Origin: Pristiophorus japonicus
Lineage: Eukaryota
Length of the DNA: 64,000 nt
Reading direction: 5' to 3'
Assembly: GCF_044704955.1 (NCBI RefSeq)
Contig: NC_091980.1
Span: 129,146,001 to 129,210,000, forward strand
Notes under the pieces: generated by a model
What the model was told of the DNA's origin: nothing
What the model saw: the letters and a program-made list of their open reading frames with translations, nothing else
The model's database searches: none
Translations under genes and position numbers: made by a program
Shown here: one piece after another, positions 1 to 17,600 of the stretch
Layout of the letters: each line of letters starts with the position of its first letter
How positions within the stretch are numbered: the first letter of the stretch is position 1

Positions 1-119
1 TTACAAACAATGAAATGGACTGCTGTCCAAAAAGAAAGAAAGACTTGCATCCGAATATCTCCTTGCATCTAGACTTCATTGTGGCAGCCTTGGGAACGCT
101 TATCCTATTAGAAAGAAGA

Positions 120-436
120 AATAATTACATTTATATAGCGCCTTTCATGGTCTCAAGATGTCCCAAAGGTCTTTACAACAAATGAAGTATTTTTGGAAGT
201 ATAGTCAATGTTGTAATGTAGGAAATTACAACAATGCGTGCGGCAGACAATTTGCGCACAGCAAGCTCCCGCAAACAGCAGTGTGATAATGACCAGATAA
301 TCTGTTTAGGTTGAGGGATAAATATTGTCAAGGACAACAGAGAGAACTCCCCCTGCGCTTCTTCGAAATACCATCCTGAGATCTTTTATGTCCACCTAAG
401 TGAGCAGCGGTCTGGCGCCTCATCCGAAAGGCAGCA
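120..436 (-). mobile_element. Deu-domain/L2-tail SINE fragment (AmnSINE/SacSINE-like)
   Basis: catttatatagcgcctttc...tgagggataaatattg...gatcttttatgtccacc...catccgaaag matches this SINE type as recalled. Paralog at ~34275-34497; plus-strand fragments at ~22050-22265 and ~51362-51570. Confidence 0.65.
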
Positions 437-828
437 CCTCCGACAGTGTTGGTCTTCCTCAGTACTGCCCCTCCGACAGTGCTGGTCTCCCTCAGTACTG
501 CCCCTCCGACAGTGCAGCGCTTCCTCAGTACTGCCCCTCTGACAGTGCAGCGCTCCCGCAGTGCTGCCCCTCCGACAGTGCAGCACTCCCTCAGTACTGC
601 GCCTTTGACAGTGCAGCGCTCCCTCAGTACTGCCCCTCCAATAGTGCAGTAGTTCCTTAGTACTGCCGTTCCAACAGTGCAGCACTCCTCAGTACTGCAC
701 CTCTGACAGTGCAACACTCCCTCAGTACTGCCCCTCCGAAAGTGCAGCGCTCCTTCAGTACTGTCCCTCTGACAGTGCAATGCTCCCTCAGTACTGCACC
801 TCTGACAGTGCAGCACTCCCTCAGTACT
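437..828. repeat. 33-bp minisatellite (~12 units, CTGCCCCTCCGACAGTGCAGCACTCCCTCAGTA)
   Basis: Direct tandem repeats; the 11-aa periodic spurious ORFs confirm the 33-bp period. Confidence 0.92.
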
Positions 829-1194
829 ACCTCTTGTCTGTCAATATCTAGCTCAATCATCTCTAAATTCTCCACGGTCTCTGCCTCCGCGATTCCCAGA
901 CTCAACTCCTGTGTTGGTGGCTTGTGGCCCAGAGCCATTTAGTTTGTGTTCCCACTGTCGAATTAACTTCCCTTCTCTCATTCTCTTGCATGTTCCCAAA
1001 TTTAATGCTATTTCCCACCCAGCAGCCCATCTCGATACCTTTGTATTTGTAGGACTGCCTCGCCCCTATTATTAGATCCATGCAAGTTTTGAATGTGCAT
1101 GTGTTTTTTTTTATGTTTTAAATATCTGAGAAGACACCTTTTGCACTTGTGCATTCTGTCTGATTTTACATGTACTACGGTAATTCTGCAGTAC

Positions 1195-3120
1195 ATTCTG
1201 ATGGGGCTTGACAGGATAGATGTAGGGAGGATGTTTCCCCTGGCTGGGGAGTCTAGAATACGTGCTCACAGTTTCAGAATAAGCAGTCGGCCATTTAGGA
1301 TTGAGATGAGGAGAAATTTCTTCACTCAGTCGGTGGTGAATCTTTGGAATTCTCAACCCCAGAGAGCTGTGGAGGCTGCGTCATTGAATACATTTAAGGT
1401 GGAGATAGATGGATTTTTGAACGATAAGGGAGACAAAGGTTATGGGGAACAGGCAGGAAATTGTTGAGGCCAAGATCAGATCAGTCATGATATTACTGAA
1501 TGGAGGTGCAGGCTTGAGGGGCCAAATGGACTAATCACATGATGTAAACCTCTCTGCCTCCTTTAAGACACTTGACCATTTCAGCTGTTGTATTACAGCA
1601 TTGCAACACAAGAATGAAATGCATGAATAGAATTTGCAAGATATACGTAGAATTGAAATGAGGTCTTCAACATGTCTGGATATCTGTCGTAGATTGGGTT
1701 TTGTGCAATGAAAAGGGGTTAATTAATTGTCTTTTTATGCAGGGTCCTTTAAGGAAGAGTGACCATAACATGATTGAATTCATGAAGAAATTCTTCAAGA
1801 AGATGGAAAGTGAAGTAGTCCAATCCAAAACTCGGGTCATAAATCTAAACAAAGGAAACTACGAAGGTGTAAGGAATTAATTGTCTATGATAGATTGAGA
1901 ATATTAATTAAAAGTCATGACGATAGATAGTAAACGGCTAACATTTAAGGAACGAATGCATGAATTGCGACATTTATACATTCCTTTCTGGTACAAAAAC
2001 ACAAAAGGAAAATTGGCCCAACCACATCTTACAAAATAAATTAAGGGTAATATTCGATCCAAAGAGGAGTTATACAAAATTGCCAGAAAAAATAGCAAGC
2101 CTGAGGATTGGGAACAGTTTAGAATTCATCAAAAAAGGATCAAGAGATTGATTAAGAGGGAAAAATGAGTATGAGATTAAACTTGCAAAGATCATAAAAA
2201 CCGACAGCAAAAGTTTCTACAAGTACGTAAAAAGAAAAAGATATTGAAGATAAATGTAGGTCCTTTACAGTCAGAAACAGGAGAATTTATAATGGGGAAC
2301 AAGGAAATGGCAGAACAATTAAATACTTCAGCTGTCTTCACAGAAGAGGACACAAATAACATCCCAGAAATGCTAGGGAACTAAAGGTCTAGTGAGCAAG
2401 AGAAATTAAAGGGAATGAATATGAGTAAGAAAATAGTGCTGGAAAAATTAATGGGACTGAAAGCTGATAAATCGCCAGGGCCCTGATAATCTGCATCCCA
2501 GAGTATTAAAAGTGATAACCATCGAAATAGTGAATGCATTGGTTGTCATCTTTCAAAATTCTATAGATTATGGAACAGTTGCTGCGGATTGGATGGTGGC
2601 AAATGTAACCTCACTATTTAAAAAGGAGGAAGAAAGATAGATATCTTGATACAAAAGGCATCAAGGGCTATGGGGTAAAAGCATGAACATGGTGATGTTA
2701 AAGGATCAGTTTTGATCATATTGAATGGCGGTGCAGGCTTAAAAGACTGAATGGCCTACTACTGCTCCTATATGTTTTTATGAATATAAATATTAAAATT
2801 AACCCAGCAAAAAGAGAAAAATTATTAGGACTGTTCCCACTGGCAGAAGGGTTGAGAACCAGCAGACACAGATTTAAGGTGATTGACAGAAGAACCACAG
2901 CGGACATGAGGAAAAACTTTTATGCAGTGAGTGCTTAGTATCTGGACTGCACTGCCTGAGAGGGTGGTGGAGGCAGATTCAATCGTGGAATTGAACAAGT
3001 AGCTGAAAGAATAAAAATTGCAGTGCTACAGGGAAAGTGCAGGGGAATAGGACTAGCTGAAGTGCTCTTGGCAAGCCAGCACAGGTTCGATGGGCTGAAT
3101 GGCCTCGCGGGCTGTAACCA
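1195..3120 (+). mobile_element. Degraded CR1 LINE fragments
   Basis: RT C-terminal motifs GLDRIDVGRMFPLAGESR...RRNFFTQSVVNLWNS and remnants of the LMGLKADKSPG region; many stops. Confidence 0.8.
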
Positions 3121-3306
3121 ATGTATGACTGTTGCATAGCTGAGTGCAATACTTGTGCTGCAAACAAGTTATGGTAAATGGAAAATAAGCAACCACTCAA
3201 ACTTGCAAGGAGACAAAACCCAGTCCAATGTTGAACAGTTTATTTAGTTAATTACATTTCACATCAAGAGCCCAGGACACCCACACACGAGTACTGGTCA
3301 GAAGCT

Positions 3307-7615
<4,309 letters not shown>

Positions 7616-7689
7616 CTTAATGTTTTATTTTTTTCAAAGTAAAAAATTTATCAAATTACAAAGGTAACATTGAGCAAAGCTCAAACTCC

Positions 7690-7855
7690 TATATTTACAC
7701 TGAGGGATAATCCAGGGTGTGGCACTCTTGATGATGAGTGACAGTCATCAATACCCAATCAGAAGTTGCAGCCTCTCAGAGCACCAATCAAATAAAGGGA
7801 GGAGGGGGATGGACTCCCAGAGCCAGTCAGATCTTTGAAGAATGAGCTTCATTGG
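7690..7855 (-). promoter_or_regulatory. Ferritin copy 1 proximal promoter (TATA-like box + CCAAT boxes)
   Basis: TAAATATA on minus strand at 7690-7697; CCAAT at 7755 and 7784, ATTGG at 7851; same layout upstream of copies 3 and 4. Confidence 0.65.
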
Positions 7856-8409
7856 CTGACAACTCAATGAGGATCTCAATTGTCCGAACTTTCCTCAAAC
7901 ACAGTTCAAATATCCCGAGTCACAGGTTTAATTGGATCCTCTATTCTTTGGGCTAATTATTGGAATGTTTAATTCAACTATCGGAAACACTTAAACAATA
8001 AGTGCCCCCTTTATAAGAGGGATTAAACTGTAAGATCCACATTATGACAAATCTAACATAAAAACTTGAAAAATGTTACTTTATTTCCCTGTATCCACGC
8101 TGCACTCCAGTCCCTCTGATGCCTACCGGTCACGGAAAGCCTCAAGCATATCGGCAGACACCGCGTGCTCCCATTCCAGGGGCACTCGGGCACGGAAAAA
8201 GTCGCGGAAGAGAGGCAGGCAGATGGAGAGAACACCCCATCGACCGTGCTCTGTCTGGACCAGTTAATGGCCACCTTGAAAGATTCATTGAATCCTCTGT
8301 TGTTTGCGAGTCAGTGTCTTTTTAATAGTTCTGGATTGTTCAGTAGGTTGGTCATTTGCAGGTATCTGCGGGTTTGAAGCAACATCCAAAGAACTCATTG
8401 GACATTTGT

Positions 8410-8600
8410 CGCTAGACTTATGTCTAGAAATAGAGACAGAGAAGTCGAGAAAGGGAAGTGAAGTGACAGAGATGGACCATGTGAAGGTGAGTGAAGGGTG
8501 GAAATTGGGAACATAGTGAATTAAATTTTCCAGTTTATTGTGAGAGCAGGAAAAGGCACCGATGTTATCAATGTGCTGGAAAAAGAGGTGAGTGAGGGGC
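8410..8600 (-). mobile_element. Penelope-like RT fragment (paralog ~42740-42915)
   Basis: FFQHIDNIGAFSCSHNKLENLIHYVPNFHPSLTFTWSISVTSLPFLDFSVSI resembles Penelope RT (degenerate YIDD, LPFLD motif). Confidence 0.65.
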
Positions 8601-8878
8601 CATGGTGGGATTTTAATACAAGGATAAGAATCTTGAATTTGAGGCGCTGTCAGACCGGGAGCCAATGATGGTCCACAAGCACAGGGGTCATGGGTGAGTG
8701 GGACTAGATGTGTGTTAGGATACGGGCAGCAGAGTTTTGGATAAGCTTAAGTTTATGGAGCATGTAAGGCTAGCAGGAGAGCATTGAAATAGTCAATTCT
8801 AGAGATAAAAAGGCACAGATGAGTGTTAACCATTGGCGCAGTTCTGAGCTCAGAGCGAGGAATACCTGCAGCTGAACC

Positions 8879-10367
8879 CATCATCATAGGCAGTCGCTCG
8901 GCATCGAGGAAGACTTGCTTTCACTCCTAAAGTGAGTTCTTTGGTGGCTGAACAGTCCAACATGAAAGCCACAGACCCTGTCACAGATGGGACAGATATT
9001 CATCGGGGGAAGGGGGTGGGTGGCACTGATTTACCACATGCTCCTTCCGCTGCCTGCGCCTGACCTCTTCATGTTCGCAGCTTTGAGATTCGAAGAGCTC
9101 AACACCCTCCCGGATGCACTTTCTCCACCTAGGGACGTCTTCGGCCAGGGTCTCCCAGGCATCAGTGGTGCTGTCGCACTTCTTCAGGGAGGCTTTGAGG
9201 GTGTCCTTGAAACATGTCCGCTGACCACTTTTGGCTCGTTTGCCATGAAGGAGTTCTGCATAGAGCAGTTGCTTACGGAGTCTCATGTCTGGCATGTGGA
9301 CTAAGTGGCCTGCCCAGCAAAGCTGATCGAGTGAGGTTACTGCTTCAATGCTGGGGATGTTAGCCCGGGCGAGGAAACTGATGTTGGTGCATCTGTCTTC
9401 CCAGGGGATTTGCAGGATCTTGCGGAGACATCTTTGGCGATATATCTCTAGCGACTTGATGTGCCTTCTGTAAGTCGTCAATGCCTCTGATCCATACAGG
9501 AGGGTGGGTATTGCTACAGCCCTGTAGACCGTGAGCTTGGTGGTAGGTTTGAGGGCCTGGTCTTCGAACACTCTTTCCTCAGGCAGCCGAAGACTGCACT
9601 GGCGCACTGGAGGCGATGTTGAATCTCCGCATCAATGTCTGCCTTTGTTGACAGGAGGCTCCCAAGGTATGGGAAGTGGTCCACGTTGTCGAGGGCCACG
9701 TCGTGAATCTTGATGTCTGGAGGGCAGTGCTGTGCGGCGAGGACAGGCTGGTGGACAACCTTTGTATTACAGATGTTAATCGTAAGACCTATGATTTCAT
9801 ATGCCTCGGTGAATACATCGAATATATCCTGGAGTTCAGCCTCAGAATGTGCGCAGACACAGGCGTCGTCCGCATACTGCAGTTGAACGACAGAGGTTTG
9901 GGTGGTCTTGGACCAGGTCTGGAGACGGCATAGGTTAAACTGCTTCCCACTGGTTCTGTAGTTTAGTTCCTCTCCAGCGGGGAGCTTGTTGACAGTGAGG
10001 TGGAGCGTGGCAGCGAGGAAGATTGAGAAAAGCGTTGGAGCAATGACGCAGCCCTGTTTGACCCCGCTTTAGACGAGGAATGGGTCTGCAACAAATCCGC
10101 TGATACGGATCACGGCCTGCATGTCGTCGTGGAGCAGGCGAAGGAAGTTGACAAACTTTTGGGGGCAGCCAAAACGGAGGAGGACGCTCCATAAGCCCTC
10201 ACGGTCGACAGTGTCAAAGGCCTTTGTAAGATCGAAAAATGCCACGTATAAGGGCTGGTGCTGCTCCCTGCACTTTTCCGGCAGTTGGCGTGCTGCAAAG
10301 ATCATGTCCATTGTTCCCCGTAGGGGACGAAATCCGCACTGTGACTCTGGGATGAGCTCCTCGGCCA
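8879..10367 (-). mobile_element. RTE-clade LINE, 5'-truncated and decayed
   Basis: PESQCGFRPLRGTMDMIFAARQL..FFDLTKAFDTV, LQYADD, VDHFPYLGS, LLYGSE motifs; short (TGA)n tail at 8879-8888. Confidence 0.85.
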
Positions 10368-11048
10368 CACGGACATGGTGAACTGAACCACATCCCTGTG
10401 TAGCATGTTAAATTTATATAGAACCTTGGCGAGACAACACTTGGAGTATTGTGCACAGTTCTGTTCTCCATAGAATTATATAGAAAGTTAGAATTCATAA
10501 TCGAAGAGAGACTTCAAAAGAAACTTCTTTACTCAGAGAGTATTAAGAATGTTTAACTCGCTATCGAAAGGAATAGTTGAGGCAAAAAGCATAGATGCAT
10601 TTAAAGGGAAGCTAGATAAACACATGAGGGAGGAAGGATTGGAAGGATATGCTGATAGGGTTAAATGAAGTTGGGAGGAGGCTCAGTGTGTGAAGTCAAG
10701 TCCTCTCACTCTCCATGCTCATGATTGAAAGACTATTAAATCAATCTTGTCCCATTCGGTTCATCACCTCATCCTTGATGCGTTTTACATTCGGGAAGAA
10801 CCGCTCACCACTGCAATTTGCCAGACTGAATGGCCTTTTTCTGTGCTGTAAATTCTATGTAATTCTTAAAACACGGGCACCTGTAAAGTTTTTCACAATC
10901 AGTGAGCTGAAGAATTTGTTTTGTCGGAAACATGAAGCCATCAAACCCATCAGCATGCAAAACCAACCTGAATTGTAGAATTGTGCGTCTTCAACGTATG
11001 AATTGTGGTGACATCGATACTCCAAAAATGCCATTGAGATATGCAAAG

Positions 11049-11261
11049 TTTTATGTATTTAACCCCTTGCACCCTGTATTACATCACCACCAGAGGGCCT
11101 AACTGTAGGAGTCCAAAGGGATCCGAGCATCCCTTGGGAGCACGGTATATAAGCATGCCACCCACGAGGTACCTGCACACTGGAGTGTTATTAAAGGAGC
11201 TAAGGTCACAATTGCTCATTGTTCACAGTACTCAGTTTTATCCTTTATAGAGAAAGCATCA
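11049..11261 (+). mobile_element. Solo LTR
   Basis: Flanked by a CAAAG 5-bp duplication (11044-11048/11262-11266); contains TATATAA and ATTAAA, ends in CA; empty site at ~45347 in unit 2. Confidence 0.75.
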
Positions 11262-11269
11262 CAAAGAGT

Positions 11270-13840
11270 ACGGTAACATAGTGGTTATGTTACTGGACGA
11301 GTAATCCAGAGGCCTGGACTAATGATCCAAAGTCCCATCACAGCAGCTGGGGAAATTAAATTCAGTTAAGTAAATTAAAATCTGGAATAAAAAGCTAGTA
11401 CCAGTAATGTTGCCCAGGGAACTAGCGGATTGTCTTAAAAACCCATCTGCTTCACTAATGTCCTTAGGGAAGGAAATCTGCCATCCTTACCTGGCCTGGC
11501 CTATATGCGACTCCAAACTCAAAGCAATGTGGTTGAGTCTTAACTGCCCTCCGAAAAGGCCTAGCAAGCCACTCAGTTACAACAAACCGCTACGAGAAAC
11601 AATAATAAAAATAAACAGGACGGACCACCCGGCATCGACATCGGCACCGGCTTCTGACATGACAGTGGTACACCCTGCCCAGTCGACCCTGCAAAGTCCT
11701 CCTCACTAACATCTGGTATCTTCTGCCAAAATGGGGAGAGCTGTCCCACAGGTTAGTCAAGCAACAGCCCGACATAGTCATAATCAAAGAATCATACATT
11801 TCAGCCAATGTCCCAGATTCCTCCATCACCATCCCTGCGTATGTCATGTCCCACCAGAATGGCAGATCCACCAGAGGTGGCGACACAGAGGTTTACAGTC
11901 GGGAGGGAGTAGTGGTAGGAGTCCTCAACTGTTACTCTGGTCCCGATCAAGTCCCATGGGTTGAGGTCAAGCATGGGCAGGGATACCTCCTGCTGATTAC
12001 CACCTACCGCCCTCCTTCAGCTGGTGAATCAGTACTCCTCCATGTTGAAGGCCACTTGTAAGATGCACTGATAGTAGCAATGGGCTTCAGTGGCCATCAC
12101 CCAGAGTGGCTCGGTAGCACTGACCAAGCGGGCTGAGTCCTGAAGGACAAAGCTGCCGGATTGGGCTTGTGACAGATGGTGAGAGAATCAACACAAGGGA
12201 AAAATCTACTAAACTCGTCCTCACCAATCAACTGTCACAGATTCATCTGTCCATGACAGTATTGGTAGCAGTGACCACCACACAGTCCTTGTGGATACAA
12301 AGTCTTGTCTTCACTTTGAGGACACCCTCCTTCGTAGCGAGTGTCTCGACCACAGTGTTAAATGCAATAGATTCAAAAACAGATCTAGCAGCTCAAAACT
12401 GGGCATCCATGAGGCATTGTGATCCTTCAACAACTACAGATTTGTATTGCACCACGCCTCTAGCCAAGCTGTTCCAGTACAGAGACACTGGCATCTAGCC
12501 AACAATTTGAAAAACTGCCCAGGTAAGTCCTGTCCAGAAAAAGCAGGACAAATCCATTCAGGCCAATTACCTCCCCATCAGCAATCATCAGCAAAGTGAT
12601 GGAAGATTTGTTGACAATAATCTGCTCACCGATGCCCAGTTTGCGTTGTGCCAGGAACACTCGGCTCCTGATCTGATTGCAGCCTTGGTCCAAATATGTA
12701 CAAAGGATCTGAATTCCAGGTGAGGTGAGAGTGACTGCCTTTCACAGCAAGGCAGCATCTGATGCCGTGCGGCATCAAGTAGCCCTTGTAAAATTGAAGT
12801 CAATGCGAATATAGAAAACTCTCGATGAGCTGGACTCATATCTAGCACAAAGGAAGTGGTTGTTGGAGGTCAATCATCTCAGCCCCAGGACATCTCTGCA
12901 GGAATACCTCAGGGCCGTGTCCTTGGCCCAGCTATCTTAAGCTGCTTCATCAATAATCTTCCCTCTATCATAAAGGCCAGAAGTGGGAATGTTCGCTGAT
13001 GATTACACAGTGTTCTGTTCCATTTGCAAGACATCAGAAAATGAACCAGTCCATGCTCACATGCAGCAAGACCTGGATGACATTCAGTGTGGGGCTGATA
13101 ATGGGCAAGTAACAATGGCACCACACAAGTGCCAGGCAATGACTATCTGCAAAAAGCAAGAGTCTAACCACCTGCCCTTAACATTCACTGTCGCTGAATT
13201 CACCGGCTTTAACCCTGAGGGTCACCTCTGATCAGAAACTGAACTAGCCTGGCTGCATCAATACTCTGGTAATAAGAACGGGCCAGAGGCTGGGTATTTT
13301 GCAGTGAGTGTTTCACCTCCTGACACCCTAAAGTCTTTCCAGCATCGACAAGGCACAAATCAGGAATGTGGTGGAATACTCTCCACTTGACTGGATGAGT
13401 GCAGCTTCAGCAATCATCAAGAAGCTCGACACCATCCAGGACAAAACAGGCTGCTTGATTGGCACCCCATCCACCACCTTCCACATTCACTGCTTCCACC
13501 ACCGGTGCACCATTGCTGCAGTGTGTACCATCGACAAGATGCACTGCAGCAACTCGCCAAGGCTTTTTCAGCAGCACAAGCCATCCCACGAGCTCTAGCA
13601 ATTAGAAGGACAAGGGCAGCAGAAGTTTGGGAACACTATCACCTGCAAGTTCACCTCCACGTTACACACCAACCAGACTTGGAAATATATCACCATTCCT
13701 TTTTCGTCACTGCGGCAAAATCCAGGAACTCCCTCCCTAAAAGCACTGTGGAAGTATCTTCACCACAAGACTGCAGCGGTTCAAGAAGATGGCTGATCAG
13801 CACCTTCTGAAAGGCAATTAGTGATGGGCAATAAAAGCTG
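11270..13840 (+). mobile_element. CR1/L2-group LINE with tRNA-SINE-like 5' head (paralog ~45355-47890)
   Basis: tRNA-like start (taacatagtggttatgttactgga), then APE endonuclease (VKQQPDI..ESY, TYRPPS) and RT (GIPQG.VLGP, MFADD, VEYSP) remnants; tail gggcaataaa. Confidence 0.75.
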
Positions 13841-14687
13841 TCCTTGAGCTCAAACATTGCGGGTCTCTATAGCTGTTACTCACTTCTTTACCCACACAGC
13901 TTAACAGAAAATCCACAGCAGCAGCGGTGCGTTTACTGAGCTACTCACAGTAATAACTCTGAATGCAAAGGGTATAGATGCATTTAAGGGAAAGCCAGAT
14001 AAATATAAGGGAGAAAGGATTAGAAGGATATGCTAATAAGTCTAGATGAAGTGGGGTGGGAGAAGCTTAAACCACAGCATGGGCCAGTTGGCCCGAATGG
14101 TCTTTTCCTGTGCTGTAAATTGTAAGTAATTCTTAAAACATGAGCACCTGTAAAGTTTCACATCGAGTGAGCTGGAGATTTTGTTGAATACATGAAGCTA
14201 TCAAACGCATCAGCACGCAAACCCAGGCTGACTCATGGAACTGTGGCTCATCAATATATGAAAATTTGTAACATTGATATACCAAAGGTGCTTGAATGTT
14301 GCTAAAACATTAACCTGGAATGTCTGTACACAGCAATTTAATTGCACTCAATACAGTTCTCAGCTAAATTCTTAAAAATAACTTGTAAACACTGGATTAT
14401 TGGAACTGCAGCAATACCATTTGAATCCATTCATCGCCACGAAGGAGAGAAATGGAGATCTAATCCAGGGTGATAGTAATGAAATTCACAATGGTACTAA
14501 AAATAAAATTGATAGTAGCTTATAAATTGAGTGTTTAGGCATTGTGGCCAGGGCAGGGTAGAAATGGTTTTAACATCTTGTGCCTTTTGCTTTGTGGAAT
14601 TAAATACTTTTACTCCTTCCAGATGTATTAAATTTTGTTAGAATATCGTTAGTCTTTCAATACTTTACCCAATTCCTTATTCATGTG

Positions 14688-17600
14688 TGTCATGTTTGTA
14701 ACCTTCACATAACTGTAACCTTTATGTAACAACACTGTACACTGTATACACCTGAGAAATGCACACCTTGACCACAGGGGGTGGACTTGCAGGAGACACT
14801 TCTCCGTTGGTCATCCAGGTATATAAAGGGAGGTCCCACGCAGGGTCAGCTCTTCTTGGATCTGGAAATAAAGGTTCAGGTCACGTCGTGACTTTTTCTG
14901 CAGTACATGACTTGTGTGATTCTATAGTAAGGTGTAAGGACACTACATTTGGCGACGGGAAAACGAGAATGAGCGACCCATGAGGATGGTCACTGGTAGC
15001 ACAGAGGAACGGTACTGTGTTGGTGAGGACTGGGACGATTTCGTTGAGAGGCTCCAGCAGAACTTTGTCACGAACGACTGGCTGGAAGAGGAAGCGGCTG
15101 AGAAGCGGAGGGCACATCTACTGAGCAGCTGCGGATCCAAGACGTATGCGCTGATGAAAGACCTGCTCGCATCTGAGAAGCCGGTGGACAAGTCCTTTGA
15201 AGAGCTCAGCACACTGATCGGTGAGCACCTCAAACCGGCGAGCAGTATACACATGGCCCAGCACCGGTTCTACACACACCGGCGTCGGGAGGGACAAAGC
15301 ATATCGGACTTCATTGCGGACCTTCGGCGATTGGCCAGCCTCTGTAAGTTCACAGATGCCTGCAGGGGGGAGATGTTAAGGGGTTTCTTCATTGAGGGCA
15401 TTGGTCAAGCCAGGATTTTCAGGAAGCTTATTGAGACTAAGGACTTGACTTTGGAAAGGGCAGCGTTGATAGCTCAGACCTTCATGGCAGGGGAAGAGGA
15501 GACCAAGATAATTTACGTGCGCAGTCCTGGTTCCAACGTAGCGATGGACCAGGGAGTTAACATTGTAAACGTGACTCAGAACCCCGCAGGCAGGCAAGGG
15601 CAATTCTACACCGCCCAGGCAGCAACAGACTCTCGGGTGGGCCGGCAACAGAGACAATGGCAGGGGGATCGGCAATTCATGCCATCACAAGGGACAATGC
15701 GTCCTGGGATGGGACCATTGACACTCACCAACAGAGTGCTCAGGAGTAATCAAAGAGACAATTAGAGAGGAATGCCTGGTAATAGTTCCTTTGTTCACAA
15801 CAATCTCAGCTCATGCTGGAGGTGCGGTGGCAGACATGCTGCGAAAACCTGTGGTTTCAACAATTTATCTGTAGAAACTGTAATTTCAGTGGACATTTGG
15901 TCAGAATGTGCAGAAAACCCGTTGCGAGGCTAATTTACGAGGCAGAGGAACAAGACGAGGGGTCTGCAAGGCAGGTTGATGCTTGGGGCAAAGCCATGGA
16001 CGCTGAAGTCCAGCGGGTTCATGTGGCAGACATCCACAGCTCGTATACCAAAACGCCACCTATGATGATGAAAGTACTATTAAATGGCATCCCGGTACAC
16101 ATGGAGCTGGACACAGGAGCCAGCCAGTCACTTATGAGTGCCCAACAATTTGAAAAACTATGGCCACTCAGAGCTAACAGGCCCAAACTGGAACGCATTG
16201 ACATGCAGTTAGGAACTACACCAGAGAGATCATCCCAGTGCTAGGCAGTGCAAACTTGGTGGTCACACACAATGGATCGGAGAACTGGCTGCCACTCTGG
16301 ATTGTCCCGGGAATGGTCCCACGCTCTTGGGGAGGAGCTGGTTGGCCGAGATGAACTGGAAATGGGAGGATGTGAACACCATTTCATCTGTGGAGAAAAG
16401 TTCATGCTCACAGGTCCTACAGAAATTTGAGTCACTTTTTCAACCAGGTGTTGGGACTTTTAAGGGCACCAAAGTAGTGACCAGTGCTGTATGTGATGCG
16501 TGAGAGGATTGAGAGTGAGTTGGACAGGCTGCTAAGAGAGGGTATAATTTCGCCTGTTGAATTCAGTGACTGGGCAAGCCCCATCGTTCCTGTCCTTAAA
16601 GCGGATGGCTCGGTCAGGATTTGTGGCGACTACAAGGCCACCATCAACCGAGTGTCACTACAGGACCAATACCCGTTTCCGAGAGCAGAGGACCTTTTTG
16701 CCACACTGGCAGGTGGCAAGCTGTTTACCAAGTTGGACCTCACTTCAGCCAACATGACTCAGGAACTGGCTGAAGAATCCAAGCTTCTGACCACCATCAC
16801 TAAGCACAAGGGGCTATTTGTTTACAACAGGTGTCCATTTGGCATTCATTCAGCGGCCGCTATCTTCCAGAAGAACATGGAAAGCCTGCTTAAATCCATT
16901 CCTGGAACAATCGTATTCCAAGATGACCTCCTAATCACGGATCGAGACAACCGAGTAACACCTCCACAATCAAGGAGATGCTATGCCGACTGGACCGGGT
17001 AGGCCTGTGACTAAAGAAGTCCAAGTGCGTGTTTTTGGCCCCAGAGGTCGCATTTTTGGGCAGGTGCGTTGCGCAGATGGGATCTGGCCTACCGAATCCA
17101 AAATGGAGGTGATCCGTCGTGCGCCCAGGCCCGGCAACACATCGGAGCTGCGGTCATTCCTGGGACTCTTGAACTACTTCGGGAACTTTCTGCCGAACTT
17201 AAGCACATTGTTGGAGCCGCTACATGTACTCCTGCATAAGGGTTGCGAATGGTTTTGGGGGGACTGTCAAGAATGGGCTTTCAACCGGGCACGGAACCCG
17301 TTTTGTTCTAACAAGCTGTTGACCTTGTCCAACCCCTGTAAGAAACTGGTTTTAACGTATGATGCATCATCCTATGGGGTTGGGTGCGTGTTGCAGCAGA
17401 GTAATGATGAGGGCCAACTCCAACCTGTGGCTTATGTCTCCAGGTCACTCTCCCAGGCAGAACGGGCACACGAGATGGTTGAAAAGGAAACACTCGCATG
17501 TGTCTATGGGGTGAAAAAGATGCACCAGTACCTTTTCGGTAGAAGGTTCGAGTTAGAAACGGACCACAAGCCATTAACATCCCTGTTGTCCAACAGCAAG

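Noticed and set aside
328-942. Cys/His-rich repetitive ORFs (LHCQRGSTEG..) resembling metal-binding proteins, or a CRISPR-like array
   Set aside because: These are translations of a 33-bp minisatellite, open in most frames; there are no unique spacers or cas genes and the context is eukaryotic. The same applies at 34454-34780 and 53599-54087.
11270-11345. tRNA gene
   Set aside because: Degenerate tRNA-like SINE head lacking an intact B box/T arm; no cloverleaf could be built.
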